From: Megasphaera sp. UBA1696
GTDB lineage: Bacteria; Bacillota; Negativicutes; Veillonellales; Megasphaeraceae
Direction of reading: 5' to 3'
Assembly (NCBI GenBank): GCA_002319965.1
Contig: DCJQ01000017.1
Span: forward strand, 524 to 64,523
Length of the DNA stretch: 64,000 nucleotides
Position numbers and translations under genes: made by a program. Below, in pieces: positions 47,459 to 57,278 of the stretch. Below the pieces are notes generated by a model, which made no database searches, had not been told where the DNA came from, and saw only the letters and a list, made by a program, of their open reading frames with translations. Position 1 is the stretch's first letter, and the number at the start of each line of letters is the position of its first letter.

Positions 47459-50400
47459 TTCCCATTTACTTAGAAATGAAGGCCTTTGGCCCTTATGCCG
47501 GGACGGAAATCGTTGACTTTCGCCGGTTGAAGGATCATAAACTGTTTCTCATCTACGGACCGACCGGGTCCGGTAAGACGACGATTCTCGACGCCATCTG
47601 CTATGCCCTCTACGGCAGCACCAGCGGCGACATCCGTACCGGCTCCTATATGCGAAGCGAATATGCCACGCCGGACGAGCCGACGTCCGTCTCGTTCCGC
47701 TTTGCCATCGGCCGCAAATACTACCGCGTCTACCGCAGTCCGGAACAGCAGATTGCTAAAAAAAGAGGCGACGGCTTGAAGAAGGCCTCGGCTAAGGCCG
47801 AATTATACGAAACCGATGCCGACGGAGGCGATGAAAAACTTATTGCGCCTAAAAATGTTACGGCTGCCGTCGAAGAGCTCTTGGGCTTTAAAGCCGATCA
47901 ATTCCGCCAGGTCGTTCTCTTGCCTCAAGGCGATTTTCGAAAACTCCTCTTGGCCAACTCCGGCGAGCGTCAGCAGATTATGCAGACCTTATTTCATACC
48001 CAGTCCTATGCCAAACTTCAGGCCCTGGCCAAAGAACGCCATGACGAGCTGGAAAGCCGCCATGAACAGGTGGCCCGCGATCGGGAACAATGTTTGCTTA
48101 ATCTCGGCATTGACGATGAAGAAAAGCTTCCGCAGCGAGAGCAGGAATTCCGGAATCAGGAAGCTTCCGTGTCCGAAAAGTGGCACAAAGCCGAAGGGGA
48201 GCGCAGTGCCCGGCAGAAAGAATTTCAGGCAGCCCAGGCCTTGGAAGCCCACTGGAAACTGTGGGAACAGAAGGGGAAGGAAGTGGCAGAACTTGAAGGG
48301 AAGGCAGAGCTGTTTGAGAACAAGCGGCAGCGAATCGATGTCCTTCGGAAGGCCGAGGTCTTAGCCGAACCCTGCCGCCACCTCAATGAATTGAAAGAAG
48401 AAGGAAAGGCCGCCGCAGCTGCTTCAAAACAGGCCCATGAAAAGGCCAAACAGGCCGCCGAAGACCTCAAGGCCGCCAAAGCACAGCTGGAGACCTTAGA
48501 AAAACAGGAAGGGGCCTATAAGGCCGCCGGAGAAGAACTGGTCAAACTGACAAATCTCAAGGGCAAAGCCGATTCTTACTACGACCAGTGCCAACAGGTC
48601 CGACAGCTTCGGGCAGCGGCGACGGCTGCTGAACAGGCGTGGACGAAAGCCAAAGGCGAAACCGAAAAGGGGAAAGCGGATTTAGAGAAAGCCCGCGCTG
48701 CCCTTTCGGCCCTGTCTGAAAAGGCTGTTTTGGCCGAACAGGTGAAGCAGCAGTGCCAGTCTCTACGGGAACGGGTAGAGCGGGAAAAAGAAGCGGCAAC
48801 GCTGTCCCTTCAAAAGGAAGACCGTCAGAAACAGTGGCAGCACCTTCAGTCGGCCTTAGAAAAAGCCGCTCAAAAGGCACGGAACGATCGCGTCGACTAT
48901 GACTGCGTCCGGGCTAAGTTCTTACAGGGGCAGGCGGCGGTCCTGGCCTCGGAACTTACGGACGGGACGCCGTGCCCGGTCTGCGGGGCCACGAACCATC
49001 CCATGCCGGCCATTCCGCCTGATGACTTGCCGACGCGGGACGACGTCGAACGGCGGCAAAAAGCGGCCGAAACGAGCGAACAAGGGCGGCAAAAGCTGGA
49101 AGTCGACACCAAGGCTGCCGAGACGGCCTATAAGGCTTTGGAAGGTCAATACGACCATCTCCGTCAGCAGTATCCGCAAGACGTCTCCTTGAAAGAACTG
49201 GAAGCCGAACTGAAAGCGGCGCAAAAGACCCGGGCCGACCTTGAAAAGGCCTTGTCCCAAGGGGACGATCTTCGCCGGGCCGTTTCTGATGGCGAGACGA
49301 AATTCAGCCAATGGGAAGGGGCAGAAGAAACGGCAAGAAAGGCCTTAGAAGACGCCAAAACGAAGGCCGTCAAGGCCGGCGAGACCCAGGCCCACTTAGA
49401 AGCGGAACTCCCTGAGGCCTATCGCGATCCCAAGGCTCTCGGCCGCCGCCTGGCGGAACTGGCGCAACACCTTAAGGACTACGAAGAAAATCTTCAGCGG
49501 AGCCGCGACCATCTGGTACGCTGTGAACGCCAAGGGGCTCAGCGACAGGAAGAAGCTAAGAATCTCAGCGACCAGCTCGATACCCTGCGCACTCGATTCG
49601 GGAAAGACCAAGAGACGCTGAGAAAAAGAGTCCTAGCGGCAGGCTTTGCCGAAATTGCAGACTGTCAAAAACTACAGCCCCAAGTAAAGGACATCCCCGT
49701 CCTGGAAGGTGAAGTCCGTCAATATGAGACCAAGCTGCAGCAGGTACGAGGCCAGCTCGAACAGGAAAAAGCTGCCATTGACGGCAAGTCTCGTCCCGAT
49801 GTCCCGGCTCTGGAGAAAATTTTGACCGAAGCTGAAAAGACGAGCCGCGACCTTGCCGAAGAAAAGGGCCGCCTGTCGGCAACTTTTTCCCAATGGCAGC
49901 AGGAAAAGAAGAAGCTCTTAGCCCTCGGTAAGGACGAAGCCGATCTCGTCGAAGCCTATAAGACCGTCGGCGCCGTCTATGACCTCATTGCCGGCAAACA
50001 GACGGGCATCAACTTCGAACGCTACGTCTTAGGGGCCCTCCTCGATGATGTCTTAGCCGCCGCTAATGAACGGCTCCAAGCTATGAGCCGCCAGCGCTAC
50101 ACCCTGCAGCGTTCTCAAAGCTGGGACGATAAACGGGTCAAGCAGATCGGCCTCGACATCGAAGTCTACGACAACTATACGGGCTATGCCCGGCCGGCCA
50201 ACACCCTGTCCGGCGGCGAAACCTTCTTGTCGTCCCTGTCCCTGGCCTTGGGGCTGGCTGACGTCGTCCAAGCCTATTCCGGCGGTATTCACCTCGATGC
50301 CATCTTTATCGACGAAGGCTTCGGCACCCTCGATAGCGAGACCTTGGACTATGCCTTAAAGACCTTGGCGTCGCTTAAGAGCGGCGGCCGCCTGGTCGGT

Positions 50401-50499
50401 ATCATTTCCCATGTGCCGGAATTAAAAGAGCGCATCGACGCCCGCCTGGCCATTCATAAAACCGATCGAGGCAGTACGTCGTCCTTCGAATTTTCCTAA
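47455..50499 (+). CDS. sbcC: SMC-like ATPase SbcC
   Basis: GPTGSGKTT, LPQGDF, zinc hook CPVCG, LSGGE, IDEGFG, ISH. Confidence 0.95.
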   Translation: MIPIYLEMKAFGPYAGTEIVDFRRLKDHKLFLIYGPTGSGKTTILDAICYALYGSTSGDIRTGSYMRSEYATPDEPTSVSFRFAIGRKYYRVYRSPEQQIAKKRGDGLKKASAKAELYETDADGGDEKLIAPKNVTAAVEELLGFKADQFRQVVLLPQGDFRKLLLANSGERQQIMQTLFHTQSYAKLQALAKERHDELESRHEQVARDREQCLLNLGIDDEEKLPQREQEFRNQEASVSEKWHKAEGERSARQKEFQAAQALEAHWKLWEQKGKEVAELEGKAELFENKRQRIDVLRKAEVLAEPCRHLNELKEEGKAAAAASKQAHEKAKQAAEDLKAAKAQLETLEKQEGAYKAAGEELVKLTNLKGKADSYYDQCQQVRQLRAAATAAEQAWTKAKGETEKGKADLEKARAALSALSEKAVLAEQVKQQCQSLRERVEREKEAATLSLQKEDRQKQWQHLQSALEKAAQKARNDRVDYDCVRAKFLQGQAAVLASELTDGTPCPVCGATNHPMPAIPPDDLPTRDDVERRQKAAETSEQGRQKLEVDTKAAETAYKALEGQYDHLRQQYPQDVSLKELEAELKAAQKTRADLEKALSQGDDLRRAVSDGETKFSQWEGAEETARKALEDAKTKAVKAGETQAHLEAELPEAYRDPKALGRRLAELAQHLKDYEENLQRSRDHLVRCERQGAQRQEEAKNLSDQLDTLRTRFGKDQETLRKRVLAAGFAEIADCQKLQPQVKDIPVLEGEVRQYETKLQQVRGQLEQEKAAIDGKSRPDVPALEKILTEAEKTSRDLAEEKGRLSATFSQWQQEKKKLLALGKDEADLVEAYKTVGAVYDLIAGKQTGINFERYVLGALLDDVLAAANERLQAMSRQRYTLQRSQSWDDKRVKQIGLDIEVYDNYTGYARPANTLSGGETFLSSLSLALGLADVVQAYSGGIHLDAIFIDEGFGTLDSETLDYALKTLASLKSGGRLVGIISHVPELKERIDARLAIHKTDRGSTSSFEFS

Positions 50500-50569
50500 G
50501 ACCGTCTCTATATTGTTGAATCGACAGAAAAAGTATATAATAAGTCATAATCGAGAGAGGAGGGACGGA

Positions 50570-51052
50570 ATGTCCATTCAAAAAGTACGCGACTATTTTT
50601 CTCAGTGGGGAATGGAAGACAAGGTTATGGAATTGACCGAGTCCAGTGCCACCGTCGAAGAAGCGGCGGCAGCCCTTCATACGGAAGGCAGGCGCATTGC
50701 TAAGACCATGTCTTTTCTGGTCGGCGATCAGCCGATCCTCATCGTCTTTGCCGGCGATGCCCGCGTCGATAACCGTAAGTATAAAGAACGGTTCCATAAA
50801 AAAGCGTCCATGATCAAAGCGGATGACGTCGAAGGTCTCATTGGCCATCCCGTCGGCGGCGTTTGTCCCTTTGCCATCCATCCCGGCGTCGACGTGTATC
50901 TCGATGAATCACTCAAGCGTTTTCACACTGTCTTTCCGGCCTGCGGCACGGCCAACAGTGCCATCGAATTGACCCTGGACGAGCTGATGACGTATTCTAA
51001 GGCCATCGAATGGGTCGATGTGTCCAAGGGCTGGCAGGAAGAAAGCATTTAA
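50570..51052 (+). CDS. YbaK/EbsC family aminoacyl-tRNA deacylase
   Basis: SSATVEEAA, IAKT, GHPVGGVCPF, PACG. Confidence 0.9.
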   Translation: MSIQKVRDYFSQWGMEDKVMELTESSATVEEAAAALHTEGRRIAKTMSFLVGDQPILIVFAGDARVDNRKYKERFHKKASMIKADDVEGLIGHPVGGVCPFAIHPGVDVYLDESLKRFHTVFPACGTANSAIELTLDELMTYSKAIEWVDVSKGWQEESI

Positions 51053-51068
51053 CAAAGGGGGTTACACC

Positions 51069-51434
51069 ATGCAGTTTACGTTTAAACATACGAATTTTAA
51101 TGTATTAGATCTCCAGCGCAGCATGGACTTTTATAAAGAAGCACTGGGCCTTACGGAAGTCCGCCGCATTGAAAATCCCGATTTCACCATCGTCTACCTC
51201 GGCGACGGCGTTACGGGCTTCCAGTTGGAATTGACCTGGCTCAAAGACCGCAAACAGCCGTACAACCTCGGCGACAACGAATTCCATACGGCCTTTGCTG
51301 TCAAGGATATGGACGCTGCCTTGGCCAAACATAAAGAAATGGGCTGCGTCGTCTACCAGAATCCGGCCATGGGCATCTACTTCATCGTCGATCCCGACGG
51401 CTACTGGTTGGAAATCATTCCGGAGCGTTCCTAA
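51069..51434 (+). CDS. gloA: Lactoylglutathione lyase / VOC family
   Basis: HTNFNVLDL..S.DFY, LELT, HTAF, DPDGYWLE. Confidence 0.82.
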   Translation: MQFTFKHTNFNVLDLQRSMDFYKEALGLTEVRRIENPDFTIVYLGDGVTGFQLELTWLKDRKQPYNLGDNEFHTAFAVKDMDAALAKHKEMGCVVYQNPAMGIYFIVDPDGYWLEIIPERS

Positions 51435-52144
51435 TGAAGAAAGAATATACTCAGCGGACGGCACGCCTCATCGGCCAGGAAAAAGTCGATGAACTCAATA
51501 CCAAGAAAGTCCTCGTCTTTGGCGTCGGCGGCGTCGGTTCGGCTGTCGTCGAAGCCTTAGGCCGGGCCGGAGTGGGCCATCTCATCTTAGTCGATGCCGA
51601 CGTCTTCGATCCGTCGAACCTCAACCGCCAGTTAGGAGCGACCGTCGAAACCATCGGCCGGCCGAAAGTCGAAGTCATGAAGGAACGGCTCTTGACCATC
51701 AATCCCGATATCGACGTCGAAACCCATGCCACCTTCTACTTACCTGAAAGCCATGAAGGATTTATCGCTAAATCCGGTGCCGACTACGTCGTCGATGCCA
51801 TCGACACGACCAGTGCCAAGATCGCCATCATCGACGAAGCCTATCACAGCGGAATTCCCGTCGTCTCCTCTATGGGAGCTGGCAACAAGCTCCATCCGGA
51901 GTACTTTCAGCTCGACTACATCGAAAAGACGACCGTCGATCCCTTAGCTAAAATCATGCGCCGCGAATTGAAGAAGCGCCGCATCCGCCGCATTAAGGTT
52001 GCCTATTCGACGGAAGTACCCCATACGCCCATCTCGGACAGCGAAGAAGTCCGTCCCAGTCCGGGCAGCATTTCCTTCGTGCCGGCTACAGCCGGTATGA
52101 TTTTAGCGGGAGCCGTCATCCGCGACCTTCTCGATTTGGCATAA
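51434..52144 (+). CDS. tcdA: tRNA threonylcarbamoyladenosine dehydratase (ThiF family)
   Basis: GVGGVGS, SNLNRQ, DAID, SMGAGNK, DPLAK.MRRELKK, GSISFVP. Confidence 0.9.
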   Translation: MKKEYTQRTARLIGQEKVDELNTKKVLVFGVGGVGSAVVEALGRAGVGHLILVDADVFDPSNLNRQLGATVETIGRPKVEVMKERLLTINPDIDVETHATFYLPESHEGFIAKSGADYVVDAIDTTSAKIAIIDEAYHSGIPVVSSMGAGNKLHPEYFQLDYIEKTTVDPLAKIMRRELKKRRIRRIKVAYSTEVPHTPISDSEEVRPSPGSISFVPATAGMILAGAVIRDLLDLA

Positions 52145-52292
52145 AAGAAAATTTTACCCATCTTATACACAAGGGCTGCGACCTCAAAATCGCAGCCTTT
52201 TTTACGGTATTTTCACGGAATTTCGGCGATTTTGATAAGTATCGGAGCATACTTGTCCACAACATGATAGAGTATTGATACGTTGACACGAC

Positions 52293-52394
52293 CTACTATA
52301 TATAGTATCATAAATCTTGTAAATATCGGCCCCGAAATCGTATATATTGTGGGATACACGGGACTTGTAGACATTTTCATACAATATACTGTGG
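52293..52394 (+). promoter_or_regulatory. NrdR-box cluster upstream of nrdD
   Basis: ACTATATATAGT (52295-52306), CGTATATATTGTG (~52339-52351) and ACAATATACTGTG (52381-52393) resemble acaCYAtATaTwGtg. Confidence 0.7.
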
Positions 52395-52404
52395 AGGTAG
52401 ACAT

Positions 52405-54555
52405 ATGCTGGAAGTAATCAAGAGAAACGGACAAAAAGTGCCTTTTGACAGGGACAAAATTACCATCGCCATTGAAAAGGCCATGAACAGCAGCAGCGGC
52501 GTATACGAAGAAGGCCAGGCTGCCAAGATTGCAGGTGAAATCGAAGCATATGCTGCATCCATTCATAAGGACATGACCATCTATGCCATTGAAGATCAGG
52601 TCTATTACCGCCTCTTGAAGTACAACAATCCGGCCACGGCCCGGGCTTATGAAAACTACAAAGCCATCCAGGCCTTTAAGCGCCAGACCAATACGACGGA
52701 CAACGACGTTTTCGGCCTGTTGAACAACACCAACTTAGAAGTCTTGAACGAAAACTCCAATAAGAACGGCCACGTCGTTTCGACCCAGCGTGACCTCATT
52801 GCCGGTGAAGTTTCGAAAGACATTGCCCGCCGCAAATTGATTCCCGCCGACATCGTCCAGGCTCACGACAGCGGCGCCATCCATTTTCACGACATGGACT
52901 ACATCATTCAGCCCATGTTCAACTGCTGTCTCATCAACCTCGAAGACATGCTGGCCAACGGTACGGTCATCAACGGCAAGAAAATCGATACGCCGAAATC
53001 CTTCCAGGTTGCCTGCACGGTTACGACGCAGATCATCGCCCAGGTCGCCAGCGGCCAGTACGGCGGCCAGTCCATCAACGGCATCGACCGTATCCTGGCA
53101 CCGTACGTCCGCAAATCCTTCAAAAAATACATGAGCGCCGTCGTTGAAGAACAGCGTGAAGTCTACGGCATCGAACCGGACATGGAAAAGGCCGAAGAAA
53201 TCGCCTGGAAACGGACGAAGAAAGAAATCAAAGACGGCATCCAGACGATTCAGTATCAAATCAACACCCTCATGACGACCAACGGCCAGGCTCCGTTCGT
53301 CACTTTGTTCATGTATTTCCGGCCCGATTATGAATACGCTAAGGAAGCGGCGCTTATCGACGAAGAACTCTTGCGTCAGCGCATTCAGGGCATTAAGAAC
53401 GACGCCAATGTCTACGTCACACCGGCCTTCCCGAAACTGATCTACGTCCTCGATGAACACAACGTCAGCGAAGGAAGCCCTTACTTCTATCTGACCCAAC
53501 TGGCAGCGGAATGCACGGCCAAACGGATGTATCCCGACTACATTTCGGCTAAGAAGATGCGCGAATCCTATGAAGGCAACGTCTTCAGTCCCATGGGCTG
53601 CCGTTCCTTCTTAAGCCCCTGGAAGGATGCTCAGGGCAACTATAAATTTGACGGCCGCTTCAACATGGGTGTCGTCTCTCTGAACCTGCCTCAGATCGGG
53701 ATTCTCGCCGACGGCGACGAAGAAAAATTCTTCCAGATCCTCGACAAGCGCCTGGAACTGTGCAAAAAAGCCCTTCTCCTTCGCGTCGATCTGTTGAAAA
53801 AGGTAACCTCCGACGTTTCGCCGATCCACTGGCAGTACGGAGCCATTGCCCGCCTCCAGCCCGGGGAAACGATTGAAAAATTCATCTACGGCGGCTATGC
53901 GACCTTATCCTTAGGCTACATCGGCATGTACGAAGCGACGGTATTGACCAAACACTGCTCGCACACGACGCCGGAAGGCCGAAAGTTTGCCATGCGCATT
54001 ATGGATGACCTCAACGCCCATATTCAGCAGTGGAAGAAGGAAACGAATATCGGCTTTGCCCTCTACGGCACGCCGGCTGAAAACCTGACCAACCGCTTCT
54101 GTAAGATCGATAAGGCCCGTTTCGGCTCCATCGCCAACGTTACCGACAAAGATTACTACACCAACAGCTATCACGTCGACGTCCGCGAACCGATCAACGT
54201 CTTCGATAAATTCTCCTTTGAAGCCGACTTTGAAGACAAATCGACGGGCGGCTGCATCAGCTACGCCGAAATCCCCAATATGGCCCATAATATCCCGGCG
54301 GTTCTGACCATGATCCAGTATATTTACGACCATATTGCCTACGGCGAATTCAATACCAAGCTCGACTACTGCCACGAATGCGGCTTTGACGGCGAAATCA
54401 TCCTCAACGACGACAACCAGTGGGAATGCCCGCGCTGCCATAATCAGGACCGCAACAAACTGACGGTTATCCGCCGGACTTGCGGATATTTGGGCGAAAA
54501 TTTCTGGAATGAAGGGCGGACACAGGAAATCAATAACCGCGTCCTCCACATATAA
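52405..54555 (+). CDS. nrdD: Anaerobic (class III) ribonucleoside-triphosphate reductase
   Basis: ATP cone VIKRNG, FNCC, PMGCRS, YGTPAE, CHECG..CPRC, glycyl-radical RRTCGYL. Confidence 0.97.
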   Translation: MLEVIKRNGQKVPFDRDKITIAIEKAMNSSSGVYEEGQAAKIAGEIEAYAASIHKDMTIYAIEDQVYYRLLKYNNPATARAYENYKAIQAFKRQTNTTDNDVFGLLNNTNLEVLNENSNKNGHVVSTQRDLIAGEVSKDIARRKLIPADIVQAHDSGAIHFHDMDYIIQPMFNCCLINLEDMLANGTVINGKKIDTPKSFQVACTVTTQIIAQVASGQYGGQSINGIDRILAPYVRKSFKKYMSAVVEEQREVYGIEPDMEKAEEIAWKRTKKEIKDGIQTIQYQINTLMTTNGQAPFVTLFMYFRPDYEYAKEAALIDEELLRQRIQGIKNDANVYVTPAFPKLIYVLDEHNVSEGSPYFYLTQLAAECTAKRMYPDYISAKKMRESYEGNVFSPMGCRSFLSPWKDAQGNYKFDGRFNMGVVSLNLPQIGILADGDEEKFFQILDKRLELCKKALLLRVDLLKKVTSDVSPIHWQYGAIARLQPGETIEKFIYGGYATLSLGYIGMYEATVLTKHCSHTTPEGRKFAMRIMDDLNAHIQQWKKETNIGFALYGTPAENLTNRFCKIDKARFGSIANVTDKDYYTNSYHVDVREPINVFDKFSFEADFEDKSTGGCISYAEIPNMAHNIPAVLTMIQYIYDHIAYGEFNTKLDYCHECGFDGEIILNDDNQWECPRCHNQDRNKLTVIRRTCGYLGENFWNEGRTQEINNRVLHI

Positions 54556-54568
54556 GAGGTGACTTTCT

Positions 54569-55075
54569 TTGCATTATGCACAGATGAGACAGTATGATAT
54601 CGCTAACGGGCCCGGCATCCGCTCGACCCTCTTCGTGACGGGCTGCTCGCGAAACTGCTTCAATTGTTTCAACCCGGAATACCAAAACGCCCAGTTCGGC
54701 CAGGAGTGGACCGACAAAGAAACGAAACAGCTCCTGGCCTGGCTGCAGGCACCGACCAACAGCGGCTTGACTCTCCTCGGTGGGGAACCGATGGAAAATA
54801 CAGAAGGTCTGACGCCTTTGATTAAGGAAATCAAATCGGTCTTGCCCGACAAATCGGTCTGGGTCTATTCCGGCTTCACCTATGATGAAATCCTAAAGGA
54901 TCCCCAGAAAAAGGAACTCCTCGATCAGTGTGACGTCCTCGTTGACGGCCCCTTCGTCGACGCTTTGAAAGATCCGGGGCTCTACTTCAGAGGCTCGTCG
55001 AATCAGCGCATCATCGACCTTCAGAAGACGCGTGAGTCCGGTGAGATTACCCTCGTTTGGCCTGACGGACGATAA
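54569..55075 (+). CDS. nrdG: Anaerobic RNR activase (radical SAM)
   Basis: DIANGPGIRSTLFVTGC..NCFNCFN, LGGEP, VDGPF, RGSSNQR. Confidence 0.96.
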   Translation: MHYAQMRQYDIANGPGIRSTLFVTGCSRNCFNCFNPEYQNAQFGQEWTDKETKQLLAWLQAPTNSGLTLLGGEPMENTEGLTPLIKEIKSVLPDKSVWVYSGFTYDEILKDPQKKELLDQCDVLVDGPFVDALKDPGLYFRGSSNQRIIDLQKTRESGEITLVWPDGR

Positions 55076-55224
55076 TCCGCCTTTTCCGGATTTTTACCAT
55101 AAAGAGTAATGATTATTGGCTAATATGATTTACACCATAAGCCTTTCTTGATATAATAAGTATAAATAGACGTTCTTATTTCCTTGCATTAGTAACGTCA
55201 TACAGACGTTGAGGGGGGCTTATT

Positions 55225-55398
55225 ATGGTAGTCGATTCCGTTAAAAAATTAAAAAATGTCGTCAGCGAAGTTATGAAAGGCTATACCAGCAATTCGACAG
55301 GCGGATGCTGCGGCGTGTCCCTTCCGCCGGAAGAACAGCGCGAGCTCAAACGGCTGAAAGAAGGCGCACAGGCAGATAAGGCTGAAAAGAAAGATTGA
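55225..55398 (+). CDS. 57-aa small protein with GGCCG motif (below the ORF-track cutoff)
   Basis: RBS GAGGGGGG + ATG; MVVDSVKKLKNVVSEVMKGYTSNSTGGCCGVSLPPEEQRELKRLKEGAQADKAEKKD. Confidence 0.65.
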   Translation: MVVDSVKKLKNVVSEVMKGYTSNSTGGCCGVSLPPEEQRELKRLKEGAQADKAEKKD

Positions 55399-55512
55399 CA
55401 CGTACGATAAAAACGAGTACACTACAAGCATAGAAGGCAAACGCACGACGGGGGCACCACTCAAGGTGTCAGGCGTCGTGCGTTTTTATTTTGCTCACGA
55501 GAGGTGGATACG

Positions 55513-56310
55513 ATGCAATTATTATTGAATGGGGCCCGAGTCGACGGCCCTTGGTCTTCGTTAGAAGAATTGAAACATGCCCATGGCAAGGGCCAGGAAA
55601 TCACCATCGTCAACGGCTTTGCCACGACAGAAAATTTGCCCTTAAAAGACGGCGATGAAATCTATTTCATCCCCAAAGACCGTCTGCCGCCGAAAGAAGC
55701 CTTGGAGGCTATGATGTGTTCCCGCCATACGCCGAAGGTTCATGAAAAGGTCAGTGCCGGCCGCGTTGCCATCTGCGGTCTCGGCGGCCTCGGTTCCAAT
55801 GCGGCCGTCTATTTGGCACGGACCGGCGTCGGTCACCTGCACCTCATCGACTTCGACACCGTCGATGCCAGCAACTTGAACCGCCAGTCTTACATGGTCC
55901 GCGACCTGGGCCAGCGTAAGACCGATTCCCTGGCCCGACAGATTGCCGATATCAATCCCTTTATCGACGTTCGCACGGACTTCGTGCGCATGACTGAAGA
56001 CAATACGGCCGACCTCTTGCAGGATGACCAAATCGTCTGCGAAGCCTTCGACAACCCCGATGCCAAGACGATGTTGGTTCACACCGTGTTGGAACAGTGT
56101 CCCGACAAATATATCGTCTCCGCCTCGGGCATGGCCGGCTACGGCGACAGCAACGAGATTCAGACCAAGAAAATCATGGATCGTTTCTACGTCTGCGGCG
56201 ATCAGACGAGAAATGCCAAACCCGGTCGGGGACTCATGGCTCCTCGCGTAGCTATTTGTGCCGCTCACGAAGCCAATTTGATCATCCAGTTATTGGTCGA
56301 TGTGTTGTAA
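55513..56310 (+). CDS. thiF: Sulfur-carrier adenylyltransferase ThiF with N-terminal ThiS-like domain
   Basis: N-terminal IVNGF...LKDGDEIYFIPK; SRHTP, GLGGLGS, SNLNRQ, EAFD, GLMAPRVAICAAHEAN. Confidence 0.88.
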   Translation: MQLLLNGARVDGPWSSLEELKHAHGKGQEITIVNGFATTENLPLKDGDEIYFIPKDRLPPKEALEAMMCSRHTPKVHEKVSAGRVAICGLGGLGSNAAVYLARTGVGHLHLIDFDTVDASNLNRQSYMVRDLGQRKTDSLARQIADINPFIDVRTDFVRMTEDNTADLLQDDQIVCEAFDNPDAKTMLVHTVLEQCPDKYIVSASGMAGYGDSNEIQTKKIMDRFYVCGDQTRNAKPGRGLMAPRVAICAAHEANLIIQLLVDVL

Positions 56311-57166
56311 TGGCCAGGGCATATTGAGCGAATTTTCGCACGGCAGGGGAAGCGGCATTGCCGGGAAGAAAAGCGATGCCGAGGGTAATCGCTGCCGGCG
56401 GATCGAGGGGTAAGAGGACTGCTGACGTGACTCTTTTTTTCGTAATGAGACGGTTCATGATACAGATGCCGAGCCCTTCTTCAACCATCGAAATTGCCGC
56501 GTTATTCTCCAGCGTCGTATAACCGATACGAGGCTGGAGATTATTTTTTTTTAGGAGATGCAAGACGTCGTCGTCCTTACCGAGGGCCGGCATGATGACC
56601 GTTTCTTCTTGGCAGCGGGAAAGGGGATAGGGGCCGTTGGAGGCCAGGTCATGATCGGGCGGGACGGCGGCTATCATTTCATCGTCAGAGAGGGGAATCC
56701 AGTCGTAAGGCATGGGTTCCTGATAACTGAGAAAACCGATGTCGGCCGTGCCGTCATCGAGCCAGGCCGTGACCTCCTGACGGATGCCTTCTCGCAAATG
56801 AATCTTGATTTGGGGATAATCCCTTTGAAAGCGGCCGATGACCTGAGGCAGCCAGTGCGTGGCTATACTGGAATAGGCGGCGATGTTGAGGCTCCCTGTC
56901 AAAAGACCGCGGATTTCAGACGAAACCTCGTCAATCCGTTTCTCTTCGGCGAGAAGCTGACGTGCCAAGGGGAGGATGCGTTCCCCGTTTGGCGACAAGG
57001 TGACGCCGTGGCGGCTGCGGAGCAGCAAGGGAAAACCGAGTTCTTTTTCGAGGGAGGCCACGAGCTGACTGACGCCGGACACGGTGTAGTCGAGCTGTTT
57101 GGCAGCCGCAGCAAAACTGCCTCCTTCGGCGGCGGTTAAAAAAGCTTTATAACGGGCAGTATCCAT
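56282..57166 (-). CDS. LysR family transcriptional regulator
   Basis: SFAAAAKQLDYTVSGVSQLVASLEKELG HTH; divergent from the DMT gene. Confidence 0.92.
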   Translation of the reverse strand: MDTARYKAFLTAAEGGSFAAAAKQLDYTVSGVSQLVASLEKELGFPLLLRSRHGVTLSPNGERILPLARQLLAEEKRIDEVSSEIRGLLTGSLNIAAYSSIATHWLPQVIGRFQRDYPQIKIHLREGIRQEVTAWLDDGTADIGFLSYQEPMPYDWIPLSDDEMIAAVPPDHDLASNGPYPLSRCQEETVIMPALGKDDDVLHLLKKNNLQPRIGYTTLENNAAISMVEEGLGICIMNRLITKKRVTSAVLLPLDPPAAITLGIAFLPGNAASPAVRKFAQYALAITTHRPITG

Positions 57167-57278
57167 AGAATCTCCTTACCTTATTCATTAAGTAATGCTA
57201 TATGAAATATGAAAGAATTATAGATTTACTTAAGTATAACAGCTGACTATAATAATGTACAGAAAAGGAGGTATCGTT

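Noticed and set aside
46307-50499. SbcCD as a defence (Wadjet/Lamassu-like) SMC system
   Set aside because: Canonical housekeeping sbcD-sbcC with a zinc hook next to nfo, and no effector genes.
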